A stretch of DNA of 63,985 bases, counting the filler, from Octopus bimaculoides (taxonomy: Eukaryota), in NCBI RefSeq assembly GCF_001194135.2. It is 7 parts of 7 records of this genome, joined end to end, with 100 filler letters (N's around TTAATTAATTAA, not from the genome) between each part and the next. Parts side by side here need not be neighbours in the genome. Positions count along the whole stretch, not along the records: positions 62,384 to 63,985 come from NW_026357398.1; 6 more parts are not named here. One strand, 5' to 3'. This document shows positions 62,936 through 63,985 of this stretch, in pieces. How positions within the stretch are numbered: the stretch's first letter is position 1; each line of letters begins with the position of its first letter. A program made the position numbers and the translations under genes. The notes below the pieces were generated by a model. That model made no database searches. It saw nothing but the letters and a program-made list of their open reading frames with translations, and had not been told where the DNA came from.

Positions 62936-63079
62936 CTAGCTAAAATATAAAAACATTTGAATATCTAATCGATAAATAATTACGTAGAAGAAAAAATATC
63001 AAAAAATAAAATTTTTAACAATATTTGCATTTTTTTCTTCACTTGTTTCAGCACAAAAGCTGGATTGAATGTCGTTCCT

Positions 63080-63250
63080 GAGCCATAAGCTTGCAAGGCC
63101 GTTTTTCCGGACTCTGTGGCTTGTACAAATATATTCTTCATTCTTGGATGGGACGCTGGTTAGTTGGACGTTTTCTTATTTCTGTCAGACGTGTAGGACT
63201 GCGGCAACACCAAGTAAAGTGTTTCGCTCTTGGAATCACACCCCACATTT
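63080..63250 (-). mobile_element. Old family C-related SINE remnant
   Basis: Minus strand CAAGAGCGAAACACTTTACTTGGTGTTGCCGCAG...AACCAGCGTCCCATCCAAG. Confidence 0.4.
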
Positions 63251-63985
63251 TGGATCATTATTATTATTGCTAAGAAGTAAAGAACATGCATCCACTATTT
63301 TGGCTCAAAGCCAACATTTCTACGGGGAGTGGAGAATCAATTACTTCTCCCAAGTGTTCAGTTTGCACTTATTTTATCGACCTTTGCAGAATGAAAATTA
63401 AGTTCGATCTTTTTGGCCTTTTTGGTTAAATAATACATGAATTATTTTAACCATTGATTAAATATTATACATTTATAATATATAAATGCGGATGGATACT
63501 TGTGTATCTTTGAACGTAAGCATGGATGTCTGCATGCATTAAAAATGCTACGTAACTACATTAATCTATATTCAGCCGAAATAATATTTTCAAATAATTC
63601 TTACTTCCACATAAATCAACTATAGAGTATATACAATAAACACAGTTAAAACATTCTACGCAATAGTATATAAATGAAGCAGCGGCAGCAAGAGATTGCC
63701 ATTCCCCACCCACTCACACATTATCGGCTGCAGTCATTCAATATATGTTTCGTTTGTTTGTCGGTTCGCCGTTTATAGCGCACTGGGGAAGAACCCCTCA
63801 CGTCAATGGATATTAATATACCTGAAAGGCATTGGCACTCGAACCGGTGACGAACCGTAGCACCAGCCTGTGACATTCACGTTTGATAACACCCAGTGTT
63901 ATACGGGAGTCGTGCACATTGAGAACCAGCGGTCGATAATGTTTATAATACTACAAGTTCTTTTATTTCGTAACTATATATATAT

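Overview
AT-rich, gappy animal genomic DNA. The very high di/tri/tetranucleotide microsatellite density and the SINE families present fit an octopus/coleoid cephalopod draft assembly (inference from remembered repeat content, not a database match). Six artificial N44-TTAATTAATTAA-N44 linkers split the window into seven pieces whose true adjacency is unproven. No host protein-coding gene could be identified with confidence, and almost all listed ORFs are microsatellite or N-gap artefacts. Supported content: (i) a Ty3/gypsy gag ORF with a tRNA-Trp PBS and probable LTR (minus, 59.1-60.5 kb); (ii) a frameshifted Ty3/gypsy protease-RT fragment (plus, 61.5-62.3 kb); (iii) a decayed R4/Dong-like REL-endonuclease non-LTR retrotransposon (minus, 6.2-7.2 kb); (iv) more than 20 SINE copies or fragments from about four families, including nested insertions with a 16-bp TSD; (v) three long inverted-repeat/MITE-like elements; (vi) a tRNA-Thr(AGU) pseudogene. 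The most notable signal is a near-complete type I minimal hammerhead ribozyme motif at 47,640-47,696 inside a hairpin-rich ~300-nt island, plus several more decayed Penelope-type hammerhead cores. Family names (CORE, Nin/Deu, Meta, Penelope) are assigned from remembered motifs and need Dfam/Repbase confirmation; SINE boundaries are approximate.
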